DNA of 64,000 nucleotides from Candidatus Bathyarchaeota archaeon BA2. GTDB taxonomy: Archaea; Thermoproteota; Bathyarchaeia; Bathyarchaeales; Bathyarchaeaceae. How positions within the stretch are numbered: position 1 is the first letter of the stretch; each line of letters begins with the position of its first letter. The notes beneath the pieces are model-generated. The model worked only from the letters and a program-made list of their open reading frames with translations. It was not told the origin of the DNA and did no database searches. Below, piece after piece: positions 47,811-56,942 of the stretch. The position numbers and the translations under genes are program-made. The DNA lies in contig LIHK01000056.1 of the NCBI GenBank assembly GCA_001399795.1, positions 89,873-153,872 on the forward strand, given 5' to 3'.

Positions 47811-48013
47811 CAACGCCTGATATCGTCTTCCAGCCCTTCGGATTCTTCAACTCCAAAATCTCTCCAAACCCCTCTTCGCGACTCATTTAAACTGCTCTCC
47901 CTAACATCGGCAAATAATCTTCTAACTTCTTCCATTTGTGGTAGCACCGATCAATCCTGAATATACTTTCATGCTGGCAGCGCAAATTTCGAGACAATAA
48001 AAAGGGGAGAATC

Positions 48014-48583
48014 TTAGGCTTTAAACCGTTTAGTCAAGCTCGTCATTACCGGAACTAATTTTATTCCTGTCGCCAAATCTCCTTCCAGTTTGAACTGACC
48101 TGCTATGTATCCCTTAACTGGATCAACATCACCTATCAACAGTCCTATCAAAGTCTTCGCATCTGACGAAACCTTGAGATCAGGGGCATCCAAAAGGGCT
48201 GAGCCACCAGAAATTTTTCCACCACTCAGTTTAAAATGACCCTTTAAGGGGCTGTCGGTGGCTTCAAAGTTAACCTTTATTTCCCCTGCATTTACCACTT
48301 TTTTCTTAACTTCCTCGTCTTTCTCAACGAGTATGCCTACACCTTCCCACAAAACGTCCGTGAATGCTGCTGATGCTTCAGGTGCCTCGGTCACGAATTT
48401 TCTAACGTCGATCGATCTTAAGTTATTTACTAACCTCAATGCTAAATCCGGCATTGCCTCCATCAGGTTTCCAACGCCAAATGCTTTTACTCTCTCCACT
48501 AAAGGAGGGAGAGCAGTTTTCAGCTCATTTTCTGACATCTTGAGCGCTTTGTCTACGTCTTTCTTCAATTCTTCCGCACTCAT
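48014..48583 (-). CDS. SCP2-like domain protein (189 aa)
   Basis: DLKVSSDAKTLIGLLIGDVDPVKGYIAGQFKLEGDLATGIKLVPVM is an SCP2 C-terminal motif. Confidence 0.7.
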   Translation of the reverse strand: MSAEELKKDVDKALKMSENELKTALPPLVERVKAFGVGNLMEAMPDLALRLVNNLRSIDVRKFVTEAPEASAAFTDVLWEGVGILVEKDEEVKKKVVNAGEIKVNFEATDSPLKGHFKLSGGKISGGSALLDAPDLKVSSDAKTLIGLLIGDVDPVKGYIAGQFKLEGDLATGIKLVPVMTSLTKRFKA

Positions 48584-48776
48584 TACTCATCACCAGACTT
48601 CTCATCACCAGACTTTTTTTTCTTTATGAGGTCTTAAATAAAAGATTTTTGGCATAACAAAAACAAAACATAGCCTTAGCCTGAATGTTAAAATATCAAT
48701 TCATTTTGGGACAAAAATTGGAAAAAAGTTTATGGCCGTTAAAACTCTTGAAAAACTTTCTATATTCTTATAGTTT

Positions 48777-50141
48777 TTATGTGAGCGTACTATGTCTAGT
48801 ATCCTTATAGAATTCCTTTAATATAATCGTGATTAACCTAATTTCTTCTCCTTGCTTTTTTACCTCTCGCAAAAATGTGTTGTATAGTTCATTTGTGATG
48901 GGTAGGGGTCGAGACCTAACCATTGAAGCTGTGAGCATTAAATCGAATGCTCTTGCCTCTGCAACCGTTAATTTATGTAAAACGCCGAGTTTACTGGAAT
49001 CTTTAATGAATACAGGGTTCTCCTCCCGAGATAATTGGACAACTTCCCCGGCTAGTAAGGTTCCCGGTAAAGGGTCCGCTATGCTTATAGAATAATCATC
49101 CAACATTAGTTCCTCCACCAACTCTTTGGTTTCAGCATAATCTTCGTCTGTCTCCCCAGGGTATCCAACGATGAAAGCCCCCGCCACCTCCAACTTGGCT
49201 TCGCGGGCTCTTTTAACTCCCTCCATAATTTTGTCAACCGTTATTCCTTTCCTCATTTTAGCAAGTATTCTGTTGCTCCCAGATTCCATTCCATAAATAA
49301 CAAATCCAATCGTATACTTTCTAACAGCTTTTAACATAGCTTCATTAACCATGTCTACCCTCAGGTCGGGAACTGAAAGATTGTAGGGTCCCGTTATTCG
49401 GCTAACTTCTTTTAGCATGGTGATAAATGCTTCATCATTTAATTTAGACCCCTTACAGCCATATTGATTTGATGTACCCCCAAAAAGCGCTATTTTTTGT
49501 GCTCCAGCTTCTACGAAGGCTTTTACCTCCACAACTATGTCATTTACTGGACGCGATCGGACTTCACGACCGAAGAAGCATGGAACTTGACAGAAACTAC
49601 AATTCCCTAAACAGCCCCTATGCGTCTCTATATAAACATTAGCCCCTCGAATGTTTTGCCGTCCAATATTTTGAGGAATCTCCGGTAAGGCTCGGCCATC
49701 TAAACTGGCTGGCTTCCGGGGATGGGTCTTAACCATCTCGTTATCATGTTTAAACGATATCCCGTTAACTTCCTCTAAATTCCTCTTGGTTTTGAGGGCT
49801 TCTATGAGTTCGGGGGCTGTTTCTTCTCCCTCACCAATTACAACCACATCTATTTCCGGCAAGATTCTGAAGACAAGTTCGGAAATTTGGCTTATGGGAC
49901 CGCCAACTATGATTAAAGGTTTCAAGCCTACTTTAAGCTTTGAAACTAACTCCCTTGCATTTAAGAGATGAGAAACGGAGGTTAAACTTAAACCGATAAT
50001 ATCCATGCCCATTACGTTTTGTGGGCGAAGATTATTGAATAAACTAATTTGGTGTCCTCCTTTTTTTAATATACCACCAATTAACATTGCTCCATAAGAG
50101 AATACTTCTGGTGAAATTATTGCAATTTTCACCCTTCCCAT
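48777..50141 (-). CDS. B12-binding-domain radical SAM enzyme (class B)
   Basis: N-terminal Rossmann-like B12 domain (KIAIISPE...LIIVGGP...VVIGEGE), then HRGCLGNCSFCQVP (CX3CX2C). Confidence 0.8.
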   Translation of the reverse strand: MGRVKIAIISPEVFSYGAMLIGGILKKGGHQISLFNNLRPQNVMGMDIIGLSLTSVSHLLNARELVSKLKVGLKPLIIVGGPISQISELVFRILPEIDVVVIGEGEETAPELIEALKTKRNLEEVNGISFKHDNEMVKTHPRKPASLDGRALPEIPQNIGRQNIRGANVYIETHRGCLGNCSFCQVPCFFGREVRSRPVNDIVVEVKAFVEAGAQKIALFGGTSNQYGCKGSKLNDEAFITMLKEVSRITGPYNLSVPDLRVDMVNEAMLKAVRKYTIGFVIYGMESGSNRILAKMRKGITVDKIMEGVKRAREAKLEVAGAFIVGYPGETDEDYAETKELVEELMLDDYSISIADPLPGTLLAGEVVQLSREENPVFIKDSSKLGVLHKLTVAEARAFDLMLTASMVRSRPLPITNELYNTFLREVKKQGEEIRLITIILKEFYKDTRHSTLT

Positions 50142-50214
50142 CTAAATCCCGCATTAACATTTTTTAAGTTCAAGGATTCCCTAATAAAATATGAGAGCTA
50201 CTGGCTGTTGAGTA

Positions 50215-51969
50215 TTGTCCCTTAAATGGGTGACTTTAATCATGACGCGTAGAGACACCGCAGTTCGGGTAGTTAATTTATCTAAAAGCTATACTCTCGA
50301 GTGTGGGGAGAAAGTTCGAGTTCTAGAAAATATCTCCTTTAATCTTTATCGAAACGAAATTTTAGGATTTATTGGCAGAAGTGGTGGGGGTAAAACAACA
50401 CTTATCCGAGTGCTTAGGGGTGTTGAGCCCTTTGATGAGGGGGAAATTTGGATTAACAATGTTCACCTCACTCCTAAGGCATCAGAAGATGATATAAGGA
50501 AAGTTCGCGAAACAACTGCCATACATCTTCAACGCTCTTTTGGCCTTTGGGCGGCAAGCACCCTAGAAAATGTGATGAGACGACTATATGCCTTAGAGAC
50601 AGGAGACGAAACTGCTCCACTCCCATACGACGAGTCCGACTATAGGAGACTTGAGGAGGAGAGTATGAGGATACTTAAAGCAGTAATGTTAGCTCAAAAA
50701 GCTAATCATCCCGCACATACGCTAAGCGGCGGGGAAAAGCAAAGACTGGTGTTGGCAAGGCAACTTGCAATGGCCAGCCGAAAGCCAATAACATTACTAT
50801 TAGACGAGCCTGTTACAATGTCTTGTCTGGCAACAAAACAAGTAGCCTTGGACTGGATTAAAAAAATACGGGATCAACTTGACGTATCCATAATTATTGC
50901 TTCCCATCTCCCCTCCATCCTCAAATATCTAGCGGATAGGGCGATTTGGCTGGAAAAGAAGATTATTGCAGTTGGCAAACCCAAGGAGATCATCGACAAA
51001 TTTCTCGCCCAAATGGAGGTACCCGTAAGTTTGAAAACCGTACCTAGATCTAAAAAGAAGATCATTAAGGTTCAAGACTTAACCCAAAGCTACCGTGCTG
51101 AAATATCTGAGGATTCATTTGAAATGAAAAACTTGAATTTTGAGGTTTACAATGGGGAAATCCTAGTTATAATTGGTCCATCTGGAGTAGGAAAAACTGT
51201 TTTAATTCGTTTACTCTCAGGATTGGAGCTTCCTGAAAAAGGTAAGGTACTTTATAAGCTGGAAAATAAAAGGGTGAACATCGCAAAATTAGGCTATGAA
51301 GCCGTGATGACCCGTAGAAGGATCGGCGTGGTTCATCAAGAATTAGATTTGGCCTACGGCGCTACAGTCAAGGATTTAGCTTTGGCGAGGCTTGGATTAA
51401 AGGGTGAAAAAGCGTTAATTATGGCCAAAGAAAAGGCGAAGGAGTTGGGGTTGAAGGAGGAGATTGTGGATTCTATCTATCGGTTGTGGGATTACCCAGA
51501 ACGGGAAATGATTAAAAAATTTGAGAAACTGGGATTAGAAAAAGAGGTGGTAAAGAGTCTTTTCCCAATTGCCCCCTGGGAAGCCGTATCAGAAATGTTT
51601 GAACCGATGTTTAGACTATTCAATTTATCACCCGATCTGTTAAATAGGAAATCTCACGAATTGTCGGGTGGGGAGAAAATAAGAGTTGCCATCGCTCTAG
51701 AACTCCTCTCTAGGCCAGAGGTCCTCTTTTTAGATGAACCTTTCGGTGACTTAGATCCGATAACTCTTAGAAACTTGTCAAACGTTCTAAAGTTTGTCAA
51801 CAATGAGTTTAATGTAACCATAGTCCTTGTGAGTCATCATGTGGATTTTGTTAAGGAAGTTGCCCATCGAGCAATACTCATGAGGGAAGGAGAAATAGTG
51901 GAAGAAGGAGACCCGATAAAACTTTGTGAACGCTTTATCGGGGAAAGCCAAGCTCAGTTTATTAACTAA
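50215..51969 (+). CDS. Double-ABC ATPase, component-A2-like paralog (lacks the Zn-ribbon insert)
   Basis: Two ABC cassettes: GRSGGGKTT / LSGGEKQRLVLARQL / LLLDEP and GPSGVGKTV / LSGGEKIRVAIALEL / LFLDEP. The A2-like IIASHLPSILKYLADRAIWLE is present. Confidence 0.65.
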   Translation: MSLKWVTLIMTRRDTAVRVVNLSKSYTLECGEKVRVLENISFNLYRNEILGFIGRSGGGKTTLIRVLRGVEPFDEGEIWINNVHLTPKASEDDIRKVRETTAIHLQRSFGLWAASTLENVMRRLYALETGDETAPLPYDESDYRRLEEESMRILKAVMLAQKANHPAHTLSGGEKQRLVLARQLAMASRKPITLLLDEPVTMSCLATKQVALDWIKKIRDQLDVSIIIASHLPSILKYLADRAIWLEKKIIAVGKPKEIIDKFLAQMEVPVSLKTVPRSKKKIIKVQDLTQSYRAEISEDSFEMKNLNFEVYNGEILVIIGPSGVGKTVLIRLLSGLELPEKGKVLYKLENKRVNIAKLGYEAVMTRRRIGVVHQELDLAYGATVKDLALARLGLKGEKALIMAKEKAKELGLKEEIVDSIYRLWDYPEREMIKKFEKLGLEKEVVKSLFPIAPWEAVSEMFEPMFRLFNLSPDLLNRKSHELSGGEKIRVAIALELLSRPEVLFLDEPFGDLDPITLRNLSNVLKFVNNEFNVTIVLVSHHVDFVKEVAHRAILMREGEIVEEGDPIKLCERFIGESQAQFIN

Positions 51970-52435
51970 ACTTGTAGTTTAGTCAACTTCTAGGGTTTCG
52001 GGAGAATTGCGTTTTCCGAAATTCTGCAATTATTGGAACTATTTTTCAAAAGGGATTGATGAAATGGAGACCGCCTAATCTATTAGAGAGTAGTTATGGC
52101 TCTTTTAAAAACATCTCGTATATGTTGATGTGTTGTCGCCTTTAGTTCATCAAAAGCTTCTTTCATGTAGTAGTTACTTACTTATAGAAGAATGGCATTT
52201 CTCTTCAACTCAGTGCTTTCAGGTGTCTCAAGCAGTTCAATAACACAATACAAGTTGTCGTGTTCTTGTATTGTTTTAAATCTTCTAGTATTTTTTGCTC
52301 TGCCAACTTCTTTATTTGTTGAGCCCAGTGCAATCCCTTGGATTTTAGTTGGTGTTTTTCGAGGTCTTCTAATCCTCAAGCCCCTATTCCTTCTGCATCT
52401 AAAGTCATTTGGACACCTAATTTTTAGCAGAAGAC

Positions 52436-52687
52436 TTACACTTTCTTTAGATAAGGATTTGCACATTTTGGGCATTCAGGCTCTCTTAAAGCCTCTTCGG
52501 GGTCTCCCATCCACGCACACCTGGGACATTGTAGCTTTCCGTCTCTCCTTTTTAGAATCCTGAAAGTCTTGATGTGACCTGTGAGGCAATCAGGGCAAAC
52601 TGGAACAAAAGCGGCTTCTTTGTCGTCTCCCTTCCATCCGCAGGTGCATTCCAACAACAGGTTCTCCACCCTCTTACTTTTTACCAA
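52436..52687 (-). CDS. Small multi-zinc-ribbon protein
   Basis: 83 aa with CTC..., CPDC, CPRC, CPKC pairs; overlaps the stop of the upstream QueG-like gene by 14 nt. Confidence 0.5.
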   Translation of the reverse strand: MVKSKRVENLLLECTCGWKGDDKEAAFVPVCPDCLTGHIKTFRILKRRDGKLQCPRCAWMGDPEEALREPECPKCANPYLKKV

Positions 52688-53525
52688 CAGGGCAAACTTC
52701 TGCGCAAATTTGACAATACGGAAAGTCTCCCTTTTCTCTTTGCCACTTCAGGTATTCTGTTATGAGTGGATATTTAGCGCTATACCTTGGGAGCACTATC
52801 AACGCTGTAGGTCTTGCATTTATCCAGTCACTAGGAGGAATTTCAATCTTAGAAAGACGAACTAATCCTTGAATTCCCCATAGATGTCTATTCAAGTCAA
52901 AATTGTAAGGGGGCGCCTTTTCTCTACTCAGGGCCTGAGGTGGACAGGCCTCCACGCATCGGAAGCACTTTCTGCAGGTTTCTTCATATATTTTTCCAGC
53001 CAACCGGGGACCATCCGGCTTTAGTGGGGCATTAGTGATTATGCTGGTTAATTCAATCCTTGGTCCCCACTCTGGAGTTAATAAGAAGTTGTTGGCACCT
53101 ATGTCCCCCAGACCAGCTATCTGACCTACATACCTATGTGAAAGCATGCAGCTAACCCAACGTCTTTCATCTACAGAAATGTTGGGGTCGAGAGGCACGG
53201 CGCTGTAACCTTTCTTCTCCAAAAACTTAGTTAGGATCATGGATTTCTCGCGTAGCTCATCTTGCAATGTTTGTTTTACAGTGGCAAAGGTAGACAGGAC
53301 TATGAATATGTCTTCTTTTGATTGTTCGAAAGCACCTTCTGGATACTTAATGCATAATGATATTATGGACTTAGCGTCCTTTAGGATTGAGAAAGGTGAT
53401 GTGAAGAACATCGGGGTTTTATCTGCTCTTTCGGCCTCTGCAACACCAACTTTGTCAAGTCCTATGCTCAGTGCGTTTTGTTTAACTTCACTTGTTAATA
53501 TTTCATCATATGTCAAAATTGTCAC
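52674..53525 (-). CDS. QueG / reductive-dehalogenase-family 4Fe-4S protein
   Basis: SHRYVGQIAGLGDIGANNFLLTPEWGPRIELTSIITNAPLKPD, CRKCFRCVEACP, CQICAEVCP. Confidence 0.55.
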   Translation of the reverse strand: MTILTYDEILTSEVKQNALSIGLDKVGVAEAERADKTPMFFTSPFSILKDAKSIISLCIKYPEGAFEQSKEDIFIVLSTFATVKQTLQDELREKSMILTKFLEKKGYSAVPLDPNISVDERRWVSCMLSHRYVGQIAGLGDIGANNFLLTPEWGPRIELTSIITNAPLKPDGPRLAGKIYEETCRKCFRCVEACPPQALSREKAPPYNFDLNRHLWGIQGLVRLSKIEIPPSDWINARPTALIVLPRYSAKYPLITEYLKWQREKGDFPYCQICAEVCPVGKK

Positions 53526-53526
53526 C

Positions 53527-55119
53527 TCAAAATCCAGTTGAAATCAAAGCCTTTTTCTCTGTTTCCACCATGATGTTTACAACATCTTCCGGGTCGCCAA
53601 TAGTTTCTATTTTACCATTTCTCATGTAAGCAGCTCGATCGCACGCTATCCTGATGAAGTCAATATCATGGCTTATGATTAAATATGTTTGCCCTAAAGC
53701 GTCTCTCGCGTTTCTAATGCTCCTCGCAATCTCAACCCGCGTTATTGGATCCGCAGTGCCAGTCGGCTCATCCAACAGCACGATCTTAGGTTCCTTCATA
53801 AGAGAACGGGCGATACATACTCTATGTCTTTCTCCCTCACTAATCTGGTCTGGATATTTGTAAAGCAAGTATTCTATTTCTTTATCTGTAAAGTTTACCC
53901 CCCTCAAAACCTCGTAGGCCTTTTTGGTCTTTTGTTCTTCTGGCAAGGGTTCTTCCACAGCGCCAACAAGGTTCTCTAGAATTATTCTTCCGGCGTGCAA
54001 CGTGTACTCTTGGTGTAGAATATCCATTTTTGATGCAATCATTCCTCTTTCATCAGGTCCAGGAATACTCATGTCAAACCATTCTTCTCCTCTCTTCACC
54101 AGTATTTTGCCAGTGGTTGTAGGCTTTATGCCCATCATCATGTGCGCCAACGTAGTCTTTCCGCTTCCACTAAGACCCACAATTCCGAATATTTCACCTT
54201 CATATATTTTAAGATCAACGCCGTCCACTGCCTTCACGAGACCTCTATCGAATGTGTAATACCATTTCTTTACACCCTCACACTCCATTATCGGGTTGGT
54301 TCCTCTATACCTTTCAACTTGCACTTTTTCCACTTTCTCCATAAAAGCATTGTAGACATCTTCGGATTTTCCCATCACAGTTAACTCTCCGTTTTCTAGT
54401 AGGGCAGCCTCTTCAGATAACGCTTTAATAGCTTCTGGCCAATGCGAGGTTATGACAAGAGTTATGTGATCCCTATTGACGGCTTCCCTAATCACTTCAT
54501 GCACCACTTCGCTGGTGATCGGGTCCAAGGTGCCTGTGGGCTCGTCTGCAAGGAAAAGCAACGGATTCCTCGCTAAGCACATGGAAAATATGACTCTTTG
54601 CTTTTCGCCTCCGGAGAGGTCTCTTCCCAGATGAAGAAGCCGATGATCCAGCTTGACATGTGATATAAGCTCCGCAGCCCTCATGTCAATTTCCCCCTCG
54701 GGGTATCCGACGCTGATCAAAATTCTTCTGACGTTTTCTATGGCTGGAAATTCGCTGTATAGAGAGAAGCCTCGTTGAGGCATGATCGCGATCCTGTCAT
54801 GTAGCGTCAAGGACAGTCTAGTTTGCTTCTTCAACTCCTCCCAGTAATCAACCTCTCTAAACTCCATCGTCGTGGAGCACTTGGGGCATGGTTCCTCCTT
54901 CTTGGAAGGATACTCGACCCAGTGACAGTTAGGGCAATATGAAAGCCTGAAGATAATTTGTCCGTATGTCGGTTCATATTCAAGGATTCCCCTAATTGAC
55001 TGCATGATAATAGATTTCCCGTGACCGCTTTTGCCTAGTAGTCCAAAGGTTCCCCCTTCCCTAATTGTGAATGATATGTTTTTGATTATGGGGAGCCCTC
55101 TGACGAACTCTTTTGTCAA
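53527..55119 (-). CDS. atwA: Methyl-coenzyme M reductase system component A2 (double-ABC ATPase)
   Basis: GKSGHGKSIIMQSIRGILEYEPTYGQIIF, Zn-ribbon insert CPNC...CPKC, DLSGGEKQRV, FLADEPTGTLDP, ITSHWPEAI, and a second cassette GLSGSGKTT. Confidence 0.8.
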   Translation of the reverse strand: MTKEFVRGLPIIKNISFTIREGGTFGLLGKSGHGKSIIMQSIRGILEYEPTYGQIIFRLSYCPNCHWVEYPSKKEEPCPKCSTTMEFREVDYWEELKKQTRLSLTLHDRIAIMPQRGFSLYSEFPAIENVRRILISVGYPEGEIDMRAAELISHVKLDHRLLHLGRDLSGGEKQRVIFSMCLARNPLLFLADEPTGTLDPITSEVVHEVIREAVNRDHITLVITSHWPEAIKALSEEAALLENGELTVMGKSEDVYNAFMEKVEKVQVERYRGTNPIMECEGVKKWYYTFDRGLVKAVDGVDLKIYEGEIFGIVGLSGSGKTTLAHMMMGIKPTTTGKILVKRGEEWFDMSIPGPDERGMIASKMDILHQEYTLHAGRIILENLVGAVEEPLPEEQKTKKAYEVLRGVNFTDKEIEYLLYKYPDQISEGERHRVCIARSLMKEPKIVLLDEPTGTADPITRVEIARSIRNARDALGQTYLIISHDIDFIRIACDRAAYMRNGKIETIGDPEDVVNIMVETEKKALISTGF

Positions 55120-55549
55120 ATTTTTAACTATAAGAAAATTGTCAGCCAGATTTACTCACCGAGTATTATTAGACCTTCACTATATAAATTATTTTTGAGA
55201 ATTTAGAGAGGCTGAAAAGTTTGAGAGACTGCAAGTTTTTCCATTAGCCGCATCATGAGGATGTGAATACAAACCTAGTTGAAGATGAAGTGTAGACGCT
55301 GAACCAATTCTGAGGTCTGTTTAGGTCGTCGTGCCCGGCTCTATAAGTCTTAGAAGTTCATGATGCAACTTGTATTCTTCATGCTTTCTGTTATTAACGT
55401 TTATCATGCCAAAGCTCAACTTATCCGAGCCTTCCAAGATTTCTTATTGCCAGCTCAGATTCTGGCATAAATTCCTTTGTAATTTCAGCGTAAACATTAA
55501 ATAATTTGAGAAATTATAATTTTTTGTTTTAGCGAGAAAGGGACGAGTA

Positions 55550-56941
55550 TTGTCAAACCTGTCTTTAAAATATAAAGATACATTAGACCTATACGATGAT
55601 CATTCCAATTGTATTGCAAAAGAAGTGCCGCTGCAAGCTCTCTCACCGTTATATAACCCCTATATGAGGGAGGTTTTAAATCTTTTCAAAAGAACAGCTT
55701 TTATTGACCTAGCCAAGCTGGAGCAATATGTAAAGTCTGGAAGAGCAGGCTGGGAAACAGTCGTTGGGCAAGATGAGATTCAAATGCCTTGGTACGGTAG
55801 GGACCTGCCTATGGTTGAGCGTTCAGAGGAAATAGCTGAGAGAATAAAAGAGAAAATCGCAAAATTCGATGACGGAGAGGAGGAGCTTGTGAAGCCTGTA
55901 GCAGGTGGCAAGCTAATCATTGTTAAGATACCGAGAAGAATGATGGAAGTTTCAGCCAGCCGCGACCCACCGCTCACATGGACGATGGTGGCTTTATGTC
56001 AAGCTATATCTGAAACTTTCAATTTGAATCCTGAAACTGACCCGGATGGCTGCAACATGGTGAGAGGAGCCATCTTTGGAAGGTACCCTCAATCCCCTGA
56101 GTTGCCTCCTGGTGGACCTGTTTTCGGACTTTTGAGGCAAAGCAACATCGTGGACGGTTTGGGGAGCGGGTTTAGAGGAATAATGGTGAATCACATTGTG
56201 GCCCTAGTTAATAAAAGAACTATGGACGGTGTTGCTTTAGCCACAATTTTGGAACAAGGTGCACAGTGGGAGATGGGTAACGTGTTGGGATGGTTTGAAA
56301 GATATAATCTCCTTGCGTCAGCCTACCAAGGCTTCAACGCAAACAATCTTGTTCTAGACCTCGTTCTGGAGAACAGGGAGGGAACTATAGGAGACGTTGC
56401 ACGTAGCACGGTGAAAAGGGCTGTAGAGGACGGGGTCATAAAAGTCAAAAAAACTTTTCCATCGGGGTACAAGGTCTATAGTACGAGTGACTATCCTCTT
56501 TGGAACGCATATGGTTGCGCTGGAGTGCTAGCTGCGGTAATAGTTAACGTTGGAGCGAGTAGAGCTGCACAAAGTGTTTCAACCGTTACAGGTTATTTTG
56601 GCGACCACTTGATTTTTGAGACTGGGGGGTTACCTGACCCTGACACTGGCAGAATTGAAGGCACAGGCATAGGCTATGCGTTCTACACCCATTCCATATA
56701 TGGCGGAGCGGGTCCTGGTGCGTATACTTTAGACCATGTTGTCGTAAGGAGTACCTCAGGTTTCTTAACTCCATGTGTCGTTGCAGGTATGTGTCTCGAT
56801 TCTGGAACTCAACTTTTCTCTCCTGAAATGACCTCCAGTGCTTTGTTCAAGATAAGAGATCACATGCCGTTACTCAACGAGCCGTTGAAAAAAGTGGCTG
56901 AGGCAGCTGAAAAGGTTAAAGGAGAATTAACAAAGGCATAG
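55550..56941 (+). CDS. mcrB: Methyl/alkyl-coenzyme M reductase beta subunit
   Basis: YKDTLDLYDD at the N-terminus; HSIYGGAGPGAYTLDHVVVRSTSGFLTPCVVAGMCLDSGTQLFSPE parallels the canonical HSIYGGGGPG...CVAAA..DAGTQMFSPE; TTG start. Confidence 0.9.
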   Translation: MSNLSLKYKDTLDLYDDHSNCIAKEVPLQALSPLYNPYMREVLNLFKRTAFIDLAKLEQYVKSGRAGWETVVGQDEIQMPWYGRDLPMVERSEEIAERIKEKIAKFDDGEEELVKPVAGGKLIIVKIPRRMMEVSASRDPPLTWTMVALCQAISETFNLNPETDPDGCNMVRGAIFGRYPQSPELPPGGPVFGLLRQSNIVDGLGSGFRGIMVNHIVALVNKRTMDGVALATILEQGAQWEMGNVLGWFERYNLLASAYQGFNANNLVLDLVLENREGTIGDVARSTVKRAVEDGVIKVKKTFPSGYKVYSTSDYPLWNAYGCAGVLAAVIVNVGASRAAQSVSTVTGYFGDHLIFETGGLPDPDTGRIEGTGIGYAFYTHSIYGGAGPGAYTLDHVVVRSTSGFLTPCVVAGMCLDSGTQLFSPEMTSSALFKIRDHMPLLNEPLKKVAEAAEKVKGELTKA

Positions 56942-56942
56942 T

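Noticed and set aside
47541-47813. 90-aa minus-strand ORF downstream of mcrA
   Set aside because: Its N-terminal third is encoded by the dispersed repeat (copy 2). The corresponding frames are not conserved in copies 1 and 3 because indels shift them. The remainder has no recognisable features.
52182-52563. Overlapping ORFs 52182-52475 (-) and 52192-52563 (+) between the A2-like gene and the zinc-ribbon gene
   Set aside because: The two are mutual shadows. The plus ORF is hydrophobic and low-complexity. The minus ORF is very basic with no motif and overlaps the zinc-ribbon gene by 40 nt. This is unresolved, and neither is reported as a gene.
55260-55340. Possible C/D-box sRNA (GATGA-like and CTGA elements) in the atwA-mcrB intergenic region
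   Set aside because: The box sequences are imperfect (AGATGAA, ATGATGC). The spacing and order do not fit the C-D'-C'-D architecture, and there are no terminal pairing stems.
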